This document shows, piece by piece, positions 39,070 to 52,450 of a stretch of DNA of 64,000 bases (positions are counted from its first letter, which is position 1; every line of letters begins with the position of its first letter). A program made the position numbers and the translations under genes. The DNA comes from Azolla caroliniana (lineage: Eukaryota; Plantae; Polypodiophyta), in NCBI GenBank assembly GCA_043228905.1, contig JBHGNT010000001.1:13702001-13766000 (forward strand), written 5' to 3'. The notes below the pieces were generated by a model. The model was not told the DNA's origin and did not search any database. It was given only the letters and a program-made list of their open reading frames with translations.

Positions 39070-40410
39070 ATCTATCCTTGCCTCAGTATAGGATTGATAT
39101 TTCAAAATGTGTTCTACATCTTCCAACATTGGATGAGCCCAATTGTTGTACCAAAGCAGAGCTAATATGAAGACTCTGAGGACTCTAAGCAATATGTGGA
39201 ACATAGTCTTCTTTGTAGCAAAATCTGGTCTACATCTTCTAATATATTTGATGAGCCCAATGGTTGATACAAACAAGAACTCATCTGAAGAGTCTGAGAA
39301 TTCTGAACATGTGGAAAATACTTTTCACACATTTGTTTTGGAGACATTTTGCTTCTATGCTTGAAGCCTCTTTGTTGATGATGTCATCTATACTTTCCCT
39401 AGTAGTAATATGTGAACTTTAGGATTGTAACATTCCTTCTGCGTATCATTGTTCATAATCAAACAAATAAAACATTTGGACAAATGAACAATCCGCTTTT
39501 TCTTTTAAAAAATCAGGCTCTTCTTTGCTTAAAAATGGCAATTTGTAAGGGCACATCAAGTCATTAGGATTCACATTTGAGTGTCTCCCCAATCACTTAT
39601 GTATGGTTCGATCTAGCATCTCAAACCTTAATATCGGTGCCACTATTTTTCCGGTTTTGGGCATCGATACATTCAAATTTCCAAGATCCATTGATGGAAA
39701 ACTGAAAGATAGAGATTGGAGTTACCCATGTTAGTGTACACGCGAACTTGTGAAAATTTTTAAATATGCAAAAAGAATCTTACTAAAGTAATTAAAATAG
39801 TCTAACAATACCTGTTATAAATGCCAATGTGGTTTGATGGAGTATGACAAATGCCATGTTTTGCATGCCTAATGGAATCACACTTGTGAACAAAGATTTT
39901 GTGCTTAGGATTGGAGGCAGATCCACACTTTGGAAACCCATCTATAAAATCCAATAAGGGGAACATTTGTCAATAGCAGAGTGATTTCTTTAAGCTTACA
40001 ACCTTATCATGAAAGTGAAAGATAATTATGCCTACAAAATGAAAGTCAAACCTAGGCATCATTCCACATCCATATATCCAACAAAGAAAAGAGTTTCAAA
40101 CAAAGAATGATGGAGAAACTCAGTACACAATGCTAAAAAACACTTTTAAGATCCCCAGAACAAATACTGAAGGTTAACATTTCATTGGAACATTCCTAAT
40201 GTATCCTTAGAAAAGTTTCATTTGAGGAAAAGTCCTTTTTGAAACTTACCACCCACTCCCACAATCTGGTACAAATATCAAAACAGTGCAAAGTATTGTA
40301 TTTTTCAAAGGATTGAACTTTATCAGAGCGATCTGAATATTCATCTAGATCACACTTTTGAGGAAAAATTGACCAATTTAATACTTGTGCCATAACACTC
40401 ATTGACATCT
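39070..40410 (-). pseudogene. Possible decayed host gene fragment (kelch-like motif)
   Basis: TLHCFDICTRLWEWV resembles a kelch-repeat end. Broken coding-like frames and a CAG|GT donor near 39811. Identity uncertain. Confidence 0.25.
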
Positions 40411-41268
40411 ACACATAATGGGAAAAGACTATGTGGTTAGTGGAGTGAGAAGGAGAGAAGTTCAACAATAAACAACATTGTCATTAAGCATGACCCCCGT
40501 TGGGGCTTGTCCACTCAAGTGGAGCCCACAACCTTGAGTCGGCTGAACGCCGAATAGGCTTAAGGCAAATTATAAGAAAAGTTATAATTAGTTGTATTTA
40601 TATTTATATATATATGTATGCCTTTTTCTTTTTGTATGTTTTTGTTACGGGCATGACCATATAATATCCCGTGGTGAGAATTGTCGTAGTATTCTATACA
40701 CGTGGATAAGTGTGAGGGTTAAACAAAGAGTCTAAAGAAGGGGAGGATTACTTTTAATCCTCGGGATTGAGACAACCCATGAGGCCAAGTGTGAACATGG
40801 CTGGGGGCCTTGAGAATTACTATAAATAAGAGGCCTAGCTACCCTCATTGGGGCATGCATTGACTACGTCGAGACTCTGTCCGTGAGTGGAACGACTCTT
40901 GTAGCAAGCGCGCTATCGTCCAGGTACGACTCGACGCCAAGGCGGTGGTATGGGACGCCGATCGAGGCTCGAGTCCGTCTCGATCCCTTCGCTCGGGGGT
41001 GGTCGGGTGGATCGGCACCCTTCTTTCTCTCTTTTCTCTCTATTCTTTCTAGATCTATCATTGATATATCCTTATTTTATGCTTACTTTAGTCCCTAATC
41101 TCTAATATTTGGTATCAGAGCCTATGTACTAAGGTTTCTTTTGGTTTTCTTTTTGTCTTCACGTGGGATGGCGATTGATCGTTGTGCGGTCGCCTTCATG
41201 CAGACAAGGATTAGCGAAAGAACTAGGATACAAGGATTGGTCAAACGCGTAAGTCTACAAAACCTATT

Positions 41269-43236
41269 GTGTGGAATGCTACACTAGACCTCGCCTTTAA
41301 GGAACTCAAGGACTTGGTATGCAAGGCTCCTTCACTTCTTTTACCCGATCCTTCAAAACCTTTTGAGGTTGAAACCGACGCAAGCGATTATGCTATAGGT
41401 GCTGTCTTGTATCAAGATGGTAAACCAATAGCATTCGAGAGTAAGAAACTTGATTCTGCTCAATGTCGGTATACCGTTCAAGAAAAGGAATTATTTGCGG
41501 TTATACATGCGCTCAAAACATGGCGCCATTATCTTTATGGAAATCGCTTTGTGGTAACTACGGACCACGAGTCCTTGAAATATTTTTGTGACCAACAAGA
41601 CCTGAAAGGTCGTAAGGCACGATGGGCTGATCTCATCCAGGACTTTGATTTTTCCATACGATATCGTAAAGGTTCCATGAATACTGTCGCTGATGCACTA
41701 AGTCGCATCCGTGAAGTTAACATGCTTAGCTTCACTGAAATAACATCAGATCTTTATGATCACCTTCGAGGAAAGTATCCTGATGACAATTATTTTGCAA
41801 AATACTGGGCAAGAGTCGAGTCTGGAACAGACACCACCACACCCTCGAAGGAATACTTCCACATTGCTAACGGTCTGCTCTACCGTAATGGGAAGGTTTG
41901 TGTTCCAGATTTACCTGAGGTCAAAAAGAGAATTCTTTTTGAATGCCATGATGCACCCTCAGCAGGGCACCCTGGAATACATCGTACACTCGTTCTCATC
42001 TCCACTCAATTTTATTGGCCTAAGATGCGTCCTGACATACATAGCTATGTGACTAAATGTCACCAATGTCAGGTTAACAAAGCCGAGCGACTTAAAGCCG
42101 CAGGACTTTTACATCCCTTGGACATTCCCAATAATAAGTGGGAAAGTATATCCATGGATTTTATTGTTAGCCTTCCTCGCACCCAAAAAGGTCATGATGC
42201 CATATGGGTTGTGGTTGACAGACTAACTAAAATGGCCAGATTTATTGCTACTAAAACCACGGTAACAGCTCCTGAATTGGCTTACCAATTCGTTGATGAG
42301 TTATTTCGTTTTTACGGGTTACCGATGGATATCGTGAGTGACCGAGATCCGAAGTTTACTAGTGACTTCTGGACGCAAGTCTTTAAGAAGTTAGAAACTA
42401 CGTTGAGCATGAGCTCCACGGATCATCCTCAATCCGATGGACAGATAGAACGAGTAAATCAAATTATTGAGGACATGCTTCGAGCATACGTTGGTGCAAA
42501 ACCAACAAAATGGGAACGTTACCTCCCAATTTTGGAGTTTGCTTATAACAGCTCCAAGCATACGTCGACGGGATATAGTCCTTTTATGTTGATGTATGGA
42601 TTTCAGCCACGAGCCCCGATTGATGTTAATATACATCATGATGAGTTGCGAAGTACGCAAAACTTTCTTCGGGATATGCAAGATATGTTGCATATTGCAC
42701 GGGATAATATAAAAACAGCTCAAGATAGAGCGCGTTTTTATGCCGATCATCACAGGCAACCTCGTGTATTCAGCCCTGGACAGAAGGTATTTTTACGTGT
42801 ACCTCACAATTCTACGACATTGTCTACGGGTAAGTGCGTTAAGTTAGCCCCACGGTTTTGTGGACCTTTTACAGTCCTCAAACGCATTGGATCATCAGCC
42901 TATCGTCTCGCTCTTCCCGATGGTGTTAGAATCCATCCAGTCTTTCATGTAAGTCGTCTAAAAGAACTTCTAGGTTCTGGCGACAATACAGTTACAACTG
43001 AAACTCTGGTTACTTCTGAAGATTTATCTTCTAAACCACATGTACCAGAAAGAATTCTCGATGTTAAAACAAAAAAATTACGTGCTAAGGAAATCCGAGA
43101 ATTTAAAATAAAATGGATGGATAAATCAATCAAAGATGCCACATGGGAACGCGAAACGACTCTAAGAACTAACTTCCCTAACTTTCCATTGCAAGAGTGC
43201 AATGTTTTAAAGAGGGGGAGTATGTTACAGGCATGA
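41269..43236 (+). pseudogene. Truncated pol (RNase H, integrase, chromodomain), copy 1
   Basis: [14 protein letters not shown] zinc finger, SMDF..SDRD..DGQIE, ERILD..KW..DATWE. RT removed by a deletion at 41224/41239. Confidence 0.9.
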
Positions 43237-45351
43237 CCATATAATATCCCGTGGTGAGAATTGTCGTAGTATTCTATACACGTGGATAAGTGTGAGGGTT
43301 AAACAAAGAGTCTAAAGAAGGGGAGGATTACTTTTAATACTCGGGATTGAGACAACCCATGAGGCCAAGTGTGAACATGGCTGGGGGCCTTGAGAATTAC
43401 TATAAATAAGAGGCCTAGCTACCCTCATTGAGGGCATGCATTGACTACGTCGAGACTCTGTCCGTGAGTGGAACGACTCTTGTAGCAAGCGCGCTATCGT
43501 CCAGGTACGACTCGACGCCAAGGCGGTGGTATGGGACGCCGATCGAGGCTCGAGTCCGTCTCGATCCCTTCGCTCGGGGGTGGTCGGGTGGATCGGCACC
43601 CTTCTTTCTCTCTTTTCTCTCTATTCTTTCTAGATCTATCATTGATATATCCTTATTTTATGCTTACTTTAGTACCTAATCTCTAATATTATGTTACGGG
43701 CATGACCATATAATATCCCGTGGTGAGAATTGTCGTAGTATTCTATACACGTGGATAAGTGTGAGGGTTAAACAAAGAGTCTAAAGAAGGGGAGGATTAC
43801 TTTTAATCCTCGGGATTGAGACAACCCATGAGGCCAAGTGTGAACATGGCTGGGGGCCTTGAGAATTACTATAAATAAGAGGCCTAGCTACCCTCATTGA
43901 GGGCATGCATTGACTACGTCGAGACTCTGTCCGTGAGTGGAACGACTCTTGTAGCAAGCGCGCTATCGTCCAGGTACGACTCGACGCCAAGGCGGTGGTA
44001 TGGGACGCCGATCGAGGCTCGAGTCCGTCTCGATCCCTTCGCTCGGGGGTGGTCGGGTGGATCGGCACCCTTCTTTCTCTCTTTTCTCTCTATTCTTTCT
44101 AGATCTATCATTGATATATCCTTATTTTATGCTTACTTTAGTACCTAATCTCTAATATTTGGTATCAGAGCCTATGTACTAACGTTTCTTTTGGTTTTCT
44201 TTTTGTCTTCGCGTGGGATGGCGATTGATCGTTGTGCGGTCGCCTTCATGCAGACAAGGATTAGCGAAAGAACTTCGGTAAATTTTCCTTAATTTTTTAT
44301 CTAATTTTTCTTCTCCCTTCTATACATGTGTATACTTAATATGTAGTTTTTTTTTCATATATTCAATGATGTTGAAGTGGTATTTAATTGGTTATCGTTT
44401 GACATATAAATCATATGTGATGAGTGTCGTATGCGTACGAGGTTACTACCTCAATTGCGTATTACGTTCACGAACATATGTTACGTTCGCGTACGAGGTC
44501 AATACCTCAATTCGTTCGAAATGATATGCGTTGGGTTTAGTATGCGTAAGAGGTCAATACCTCAATTGCGAATTACGCTTAACCTTATTTTCGGATGTTT
44601 CGTGTGCGTAGAGGTATATGCCTCGATTACGTATCCCGAATACATCATTGTTGGCTATATAAAAAAAAACGATTCATTTAGTATACGCATATGTGGTCAC
44701 TTATATACGTCTCTGATCGTATATATGTGATAAATTGACATATGTGTATATTTTAGATTACGTGATTCATATCAAATGTTTTCCTACTTGGGGAGAGGAT
44801 TTTGGTGGCCGTCCTCACATTTTTGTGAGAATGGCGTTGTCACCATCCCTTTTATCAACAATTTTTATTGTTGAAATTCCCGTTGGTCACTTTGATATTT
44901 CGTTACGTAACGAACCTCGTATAGCCAAAATGATGTTGAATACGTCGGGCTTGATCCACATCAAGTAGGGTCGCTCTAATGACACACGTATCCAACATCT
45001 CCCCTCGTTACATGGATACGATGCCACCATGAGCTCGTTCTTACGAGCGCCATTCGTAATGACGTGACCATGTGATGGGCCACATGAGCCTACGAAGACA
45101 CAAGGGCTCATTCGGCTTGACCATTAGGTTACACTTTGGCATATGCCATTGTACTTACAAGGCTTGAGGGTAGGTAGCGTACAACCATAGTGGGTAATAA
45201 ATGAGGGAGAAATAAGGCCACTTGACCTATATGTTTCTTTTAAAAAAAACATATAGGGGCAAATGCCTCGCATATCTCGAATACGCCTCAAACATTAAAC
45301 ATTCAAGACGCGCAATCTACTTGGTTGGCTCACGTGTTTAATGTATTTGTC

Positions 45352-48179
45352 CTCCTAAACGTAATATAGACCATCGTATAGATATTGTACCTGGCATTGC
45401 ACCCATTAGTATACCTCCGTATCGCCTAAGTCGATCTGAAGAGGATGAGGTAGCTAAGCAACTTAAGGACTATTTACGAATGGGTTATATACGTTATAGT
45501 AAATCTCCATGGGGTGCACCAGTTCTCTTGGTTAAAAAGAAAGAGGGCACATGGCGTATGTGTATTAATTACCGACGCTTGAATAAAGTGACGATCAAGA
45601 ATTCGTACCCATTGCCCCGGGCTGACGATCTAATTGACCGTCTCCAGGGAGCTCGGTATTTTACGAAACTTGATCTCCGTACTGGCTACCATCAAATACG
45701 AATAAGTGAGGACGATGTTCCTAAAACAGCATTTCGTACGCGCTACGGCCATTATGAGTTTTTGGTTATGCCTTTTGGTTTGACCAATGCTCCGGCTACA
45801 TTTCAACAAGAAATGAATGACATTTTCCGAGAACAACTTGGAAAATTTGTCGTTATCTTCTTAGATGATATTTTAGTTTATAGCCGTACATTACAAGAAC
45901 ATGCTAGACATGTCCGCTTTGTTTTACAAATATTGCGTGACAAACAATTTTACGCGAAGATCTCAAAATGTGAGTTCTTCAAGAAATCAATTACTTATCT
46001 TGGACATCTCATAACCGAACGAGGAGTTGAAATTGATCCTTCTCGCATCGAGAAAATCAAGCTTTGGCCCACTCTTCGGAATATTCGAGAAGTTCGATCA
46101 TTCCTTGGTTTTGTCGGATTTTTGCGAAAATCTCTTCGTAATTACTCACAATTGACGACGCCGTTTACTGATCTTCTAAAAGGTCAAACGCGTAACTCTA
46201 CAAAACCTATTGTGTGGAATGCTACACTAGACCTCGCCTTTAAGGAACTCAAGGACTTGGTATGCAAGGCTCCTTCACTTCTTTTACCCGATCCTTCAAA
46301 ACCTTTTGAGGTTGAAACCGACGCAAGCGATTATGCTATAGGTGCTGTCTTGTATCAAGATGGTAAACCAATAGCATTCGAGAGTAAGAAACTTGATTCT
46401 GCTCAATGTCGGTATACCGTTCAAGAAAAGGAATTATTTGCGGTTATACATGCGCTCAAAACATGGCGCCATTATCTTTATGGAAATCGCTTTGTGGTAA
46501 CTACGGACCACGAGTCCTTGAAATATTTTTGTGACCAACAAGACCTGAAAGGTCGTAAGGCACGATGGGCTGATCTCATCCAGGACTTTGATTTTTCCAT
46601 ACGATATCGTAAAGGTTCCATGAATACTGTCGCTGATGCACTAAGTCGCATCCGTGAAGTTAACATGCTTAGCTTCACTGAAATAACATCAGATCTTTAT
46701 GATCACCTTCGAGGAAAGTATCCTGATGACAATTATTTTGCAAAATACTGGGCAAGAGTCGAGTCTGGAACAGACACCACCACACCCTCGAAGGAATACT
46801 TCCACATTGCTAACGGTCTGCTCTACCGTAATGGGAAGGTTTGTGTTCCAGATTTACCTGAGGTCAAAAAGAGAATTCTTTTTGAATGCCATGATGCACC
46901 CTCAGCAGGGCACCCTGGAATACATCGTACACTCGTTCTCATCTCCACTCAATTTTATTGGCCTAAGATGCGTCCTGACATACATAGCTATGTGACTAAA
47001 TGTCACCAATGTCAGGTTAACAAAGCCGAGCGACTTAAAGCCGCAGGACTTTTACATCCCTTGGACATTCCCAATAATAAGTGGGAAAGTATATCCATGG
47101 ATTTTATTGTTAGCCTTCCTCGCACCCAAAAAGGTCATGATGCCATATGGGTTGTGGTTGACAGACTAACTAAAATGGCCAGATTTATTGCTACTAAAAC
47201 CACGGTAACAGCTCCTGAATTGGCTTACCAATTCGTTGATGAGTTATTTCGTTTTTACGGGTTACCGATGGATATCGTGAGTGACCGAGATCCGAAGTTT
47301 ACTAGTGACTTCTGGACGCAAGTCTTTAAGAAGTTAGAAACTACGTTGAGCATGAGCTCCACGGATCATCCTCAATCCGATGGACAGACAGAACGAGTAA
47401 ATCAAATTATTGAGGACATGCTTCGAGCATACGTTGGTGCAAAACCAACAAAATGGGAACGTTACCTCCCAATTTTGGAGTTTGCTTATAACAGCTCCAA
47501 GCATACGTCGACGGGATATAGTCCTTTTATGTTGATGTATGGATTTCAGCCACGAGCCCCGATTGATGTTAATATACATCATGATGAGTTGCGAAGTACG
47601 CAAAACTTTCTTCGGGATATGCAAGATATGTTGCATATTGCACGGGATAATATAAAAACAGCTCAAGATAGAGCGCGTTTTTATGCCGATCATCACAGGC
47701 AACCTCGTGTATTCAGCCCTGGACAGAAGGTATTTTTATGTGTACCTCACAATTCTAAGACATTGTCTACGGGTAAGTGCGCTAAGTTAGCCCCACGGTT
47801 TTGTGGACCTTTTACAGTCCTCAAACGCATTGGATCATCAGCCTATCGTCTCGCTCTTCCCGATGGTGTTGGAATCCATCCAGTCTTTCATGTAAGTCGT
47901 CTAAAAGAACTTCTAGGTTCTGGCGACAATACAGTTACAACTGAAACTCTGGTTACTTCTGAAGATTTATCTTCTAAACCACATGTACCAGAAAGAATTC
48001 TCGATGTTAAAACAAAAAAATTACGTGCTAAGGAAATCCGAGAATTTAAAATAAAATGGATGGATAAATCAATCAAAGATGCCACATGGGAACGCGAAAC
48101 GACTCTAAGAACTAACTTCCCTAACTTTCCATTGCAAGAGTGCAATGTTTTAAAGAGGGGGAGTATGTTACGGGCATGA
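45352..48179 (+). CDS. Open RT-RNase H-integrase-chromodomain frame (899 aa from Met 45480); no gag or protease
   Basis: [40 protein letters not shown], chromodomain. The frame is open from PPKRNIDH at about 45352. Confidence 0.92.
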
Positions 48180-48649
48180 CCATATAATATCCCGTGGTGA
48201 GAATTGTCGTAGTATTCTATACACGTGGATAAGTGTGAGGGTTAAACAAAGAGTCTAAAGAAGGGGAGGATTACTTTTAATCCTCGGGATTGAGACAACC
48301 CATGAGGCCAAGTGTGAACATGGCTGGGGGCCTTGAGAATTACTATAAATAAGAGGCCTAGCTACCCTCATTGGGGCATGCATTGACTACGTCGAGACTC
48401 TGTCCGTGAGTGGAACGACTCTTGTAGCAAGCGCGCTATCGTCCAGGTACGACTCGACGCCAAGGCGGTGGTATGGGACGCCGATCGAGGCTCGAGTCCG
48501 TCTCGATCCCTTCGCTGGGGGGTGGTCGGGTGGATCGGCACCCTTCTTTCTCTCTTTTCTCTCTATTCTTTCTAGATCTATCATTGATATATCCTTATTT
48601 TATGCTTACTTTAGTACCTAATCTCTAATAGTTTTTTTGGGTGTGTGTC

Positions 48650-48651
<2 letters not shown>

Positions 48652-48722
<71 letters not shown>
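48652..48722 (+). repeat. (TG)n microsatellite
   Basis: Pure TG run. Confidence 0.97.
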
Positions 48723-48724
<2 letters not shown>

Positions 48725-49052
48725 CACAGATATAGACATTGGACTACAAGAAGACAAAAATGAGAAAAACAAACAATAGAAAAAGGGAGACAGTGTGACC
48801 TGTTTTTTACACAGAAAAACATAAAACAGAGTGAGAGAAAAATAGAGAACGAAAGAGTAAGAGCAAGAGGAAGAGTGTTCTACCAAAGTGCAAAAGTGGA
48901 GACAGATGTCAAGAATAGTACTAAAACAGAGAAAGAATCAGTACTAGAGAAGGGAAGTACTATTGGTACTAAGAGGACTGACTGGGTAAGACTCATGAGA
49001 GAGGAAGAGAGAAAAGGAGAGAGAGAGAGTGAGTGAGTGAGTGATGATAACA

Positions 49053-51145
49053 TGTGATATTTTATGTGAAGAGTAAATACAAAATAAATATGAGGCTTAA
49101 GACTGGTATTGAACCAATTTCGTTCGTAATAATGCCTTGTGCCTCCTTTTATAGTGTTCTCAGGAGTAGTCCTGAAGCTTCTAGAATGTTCCTGAGAAAT
49201 CTGGAATATACATTAATTTTTCTATAGTAAACTTAAATGAAAATAATATCCTACGTATTTCAATAGATAGTGTAATGGTCAAGAGCTCGACCCATATAAC
49301 ATAAGGTCATAGGTTCGAGTCTTGCCATATCATGACATTATCCCCCCTTAAAACGATGAGTGTTACGAGTCGGCGCTTATTGGGGACCAGGTTTGTTCGG
49401 ATAATGTCGGTGGAAATCAACAGGAAGATCCATGAGCATTGGCGACATGCTCGACGGGTTCCCAAGTACGTTCGCTCGGACTATAGCTGAGCCAATTGAC
49501 CAAATAATAAAGTTTGTTGCGAACAAACTTGGAGTCGAGGACGACAGCAACTTCATACTCTGGGCCGACGTCCAACTCAAGCGGGCCAAGGGTGGCCGTG
49601 GTGTAACACGATCGAGAATAGTGTTGGCTTGATAAGGTTCACGAAGAGAACTATGGAAGACTGGAAGTATCTAAAGGTGTGGAGGAAGATCAAGGCGGAA
49701 CATGACATCATTAATCTTGCCAATAATACGGAAATGGTCGAGTAGTCTTGATGTGACGATGTAAGAGCCATACTCGATCTTCGATGGCAAAAGAGAAGGG
49801 AAGCTGATGACGATCTGCATAAGTCTTCTGTGTGTGTTCAGCATGACGAAGATAAGTAGATAGATGCATTTGAATCTTGTGTAGCCTCTCCAAATGATCC
49901 TCAACTCGACAGGAGGATTGGTAGGTAGCTCCTGAGTGTCGATCACAGACTAGTGAGGATGAGAACCGGTATAAGCTTAAAATGGGGAGACCCGAGTGGA
50001 GGAGTGAATAGCGTTATTGTAAGCAAACTCAACAAAGTGGAGAATATCAGCCCAATCGTCTTGTTGATAACTCAGAAAACACCGAAGATATTTTTCCAAC
50101 ATTTGGTTTGTTCGTGCTACTTGCCCATCAGTTTGGGGATGATAGCCACAGAAGAGGTTGCAAGAGACCTTGAGCATCTTGAAGAGATGCTTCCAAAATT
50201 TGGAGACGAATTGAGGTCCTCGGTCACTAATGATACTATCTGGGAGGCCATACATGGTTGTTGAGATTGGGAACAAGATGCCCAAGAGGCATCAATTTGC
50301 GCTAGAATGGCTTGAGCAAAACTGTCCGTCTTCGAATTTGCACGTATGGTATTGATAATCTGAGAATCCAGTGGAATGTGAAAAATCCGCGTTGTGTGCA
50401 AACTTGTTAGTCCTAAGATTACCTACTTTTGATTATCAAATGTTGGATCAACAGGACAAGGTGCAAGATATGAGCATCACGATAGATCATCTGCTTTTCC
50501 TTGTTGCTTCCCCGGCCGATATGTGATTTTGAAGTCAAAACACGTGAGGAATTGGGCCCACCGAGCTTGCCGTCGATTTAGTACGCGAGCGTTCTGGAAA
50601 TAAGCAAGATTTTTGTGATTACTGAAGACAATGACCTGATGAGGAGAGCCCTCTAAGAAGTGCCACCATTGCACAAACGAATCCACGATGCCTAATAACT
50701 CCTTGTCATGTATCTCGTAGTTTATTTCCGGGCATCAAATTTGTGTGAGTGGAAAGCCATAGGATGTAACTCTTCTTTATCTCCTTGTTGTGAAAGGATG
50801 CTATCAAGGGCTAAATCTGATGTGTCGGCCTCCATGATGAATGGTTTGTTTATATCCACATGAGCTAGAATAGGTGCTTATGTAAAGGCTTTCTTAAGAT
50901 GCATAAAAGCCATGTCTGCTTCATTGGACCAAAGAAATGATTGTCCCTTCTTTATAAGTTGTATGAGACGCAAAATAATCTTCAAGTAATCTTGTATAAA
51001 CTTGTAGTAGAAGTTAGCGAAGCCCAGGAAACATTGCACGTCTCGTAAGGAACGTGGAGTTTGCCACTCTAGCACAATCTTGACTTTAGTTGGATCCATG
51101 GAGATGCCTTTTGAGGAGATGACGTAGCCTAGAAATTCCACTTGC
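49053..51145 (-). mobile_element. Decayed Tcn1-like chromovirus 3' half (RT end, RH, INT, chromodomain, PPT, 3' LTR 49337-49053)
   Basis: VEFLGYVIS..FLGFANFY, NRRQARWAQFL, SDRGPQFVS..YHPQTDGQ, chromodomain LDSKF...YYLVNW..RTWEP..FHRHYPNKPGP. PPT AAGGGGGGA precedes TGTCATG. Lineage assigned from motif resemblance only. Confidence 0.85.
49262..49331 (+). ncRNA. tRNA-like A/B-box cassette in the chromovirus LTR (antisense to the element)
   Basis: A box TAGTGTAATGG at 49268-49278; B box GGTTCGAGTC at 49312-49321. Confidence 0.5.
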
Positions 51146-52450
51146 TTGCATGCATGTATGTATGTATGTATGTATGTATGTATGTATGTATGTATGTATG
51201 TATGTGTATGCATATGGTATGTATGTATGTATGTATGTGTGTATGCATATATGCAGCATTTCCAGTGCTACACCTTAAACCCCTTGGTCACCCTTCCTTT
51301 AGGTTTGAATGTACATTATTCAATGTGTATGGATGTGTGATTGCAATATGTGCATAATATCTATGTATATACCTAATGTATGTATATATGTACTATTTAG
51401 TGTATGTATGAATGTATGTATGTACATGTATGAATGTACATATGCATATATATCTAATATGTGGAACATGAATGTATGTATGTGTATGGATTTATGTTTG
51501 TAAAATTTATACGTGTATCATTGAAAGCATATGTACGTATATACATGCAGCAATGTACGAATGAATACATATACTTGTCCATGTACGAATGTACATATGT
51601 GTATGCATATGTAATGTATGTATGTGTATGCATATATACATATGTCAATGTACACGATTCAATGTGTGTGAATGTGTGATTGTAATATGTGCATCATGTC
51701 TACGTATATATCTAATGTATGTAGGTGTATTTATATATGGACTATTATAGTGTGTATGACCATGTGTGTGTGTATATGATGATATCTATGTACATATGTA
51801 ATGTATGTATGTATGTGTATGTAATATACATATGCAATGTATTTATGTGTATGCATGTATATAATGTATGTATATATGTGTATGGATGTATGCTTGTAAA
51901 ATTTGTATGTGTAACATTGTAGGCATATGTACGTATAGACATGTAGCAATGTATAAATGAATATATGTATGTACAAATGTAAAATGTACGTATGTGTATA
52001 TATGTAATGTATGTATAATTTTGGGGTATTTTCTTGTTTAGTATGTGTATGGCTCATATAAGGTTGTATGTTTACAATATACACATAATATATATCTATA
52101 TGTCTGATGTATGTGTTGTATGCATATTATATGTATATATATATAGAATATGTATGTATGTGTGTGCATATATGCATATGTCAATGTACATGATTCAATG
52201 TGCATGGATGTGTGTTTGTAATAGGTATGTATGTGTGTATATGGTCATATGTATGTACATGTATGAATGTATGAATGTATGTATGTGTATATATGTAATG
52301 TATTTATGTATGTATATTTTCGGGATATTTTCATGTTTAGTATGTGAATGACACATATACGGATGTATATTTGTAATATGTATGTAATATGCATGTATAT
52401 ATATCCGATGTATGTGTAAGTATACATATATCTAATGTGTGTGTATATAT
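51146..52450. repeat. (ATGT)n microsatellite and long degenerate TA/TG low-complexity tract
   Basis: Pure ATGT run at about 51153-51203, then decayed alternating purine-pyrimidine sequence. Confidence 0.9.

Larger units (their letters stand above)
40643..48630 (+). mobile_element. Tandem dimer of a young Ty3/Gypsy chromovirus with four LTRs
   Basis: LTRs 40643-41107, 43223-43688, 43692-44157 and 48166-48630. PBS-Met TGGTATCAGAGCC at 41110 and 44160. PPT AAAGAGGGGGAG before LTRs 2 and 4. Single TSD GTTTT at 40638-40642 and 48631-48635. Confidence 0.95.

Noticed and set aside
40864-48621. Repeated 65-95 aa ORFs (MIDLERIER..., MSGTTLVAS...)
   Set aside because: They lie inside the four identical LTRs; recurrence reflects LTR duplication, not genes.
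51142-52427. ORFs rich in M/Y/V/C or H/T/Y/I
   Set aside because: Translations of ATGT/TG low-complexity DNA; the same applies to 33551-33885 and 48611-48886.
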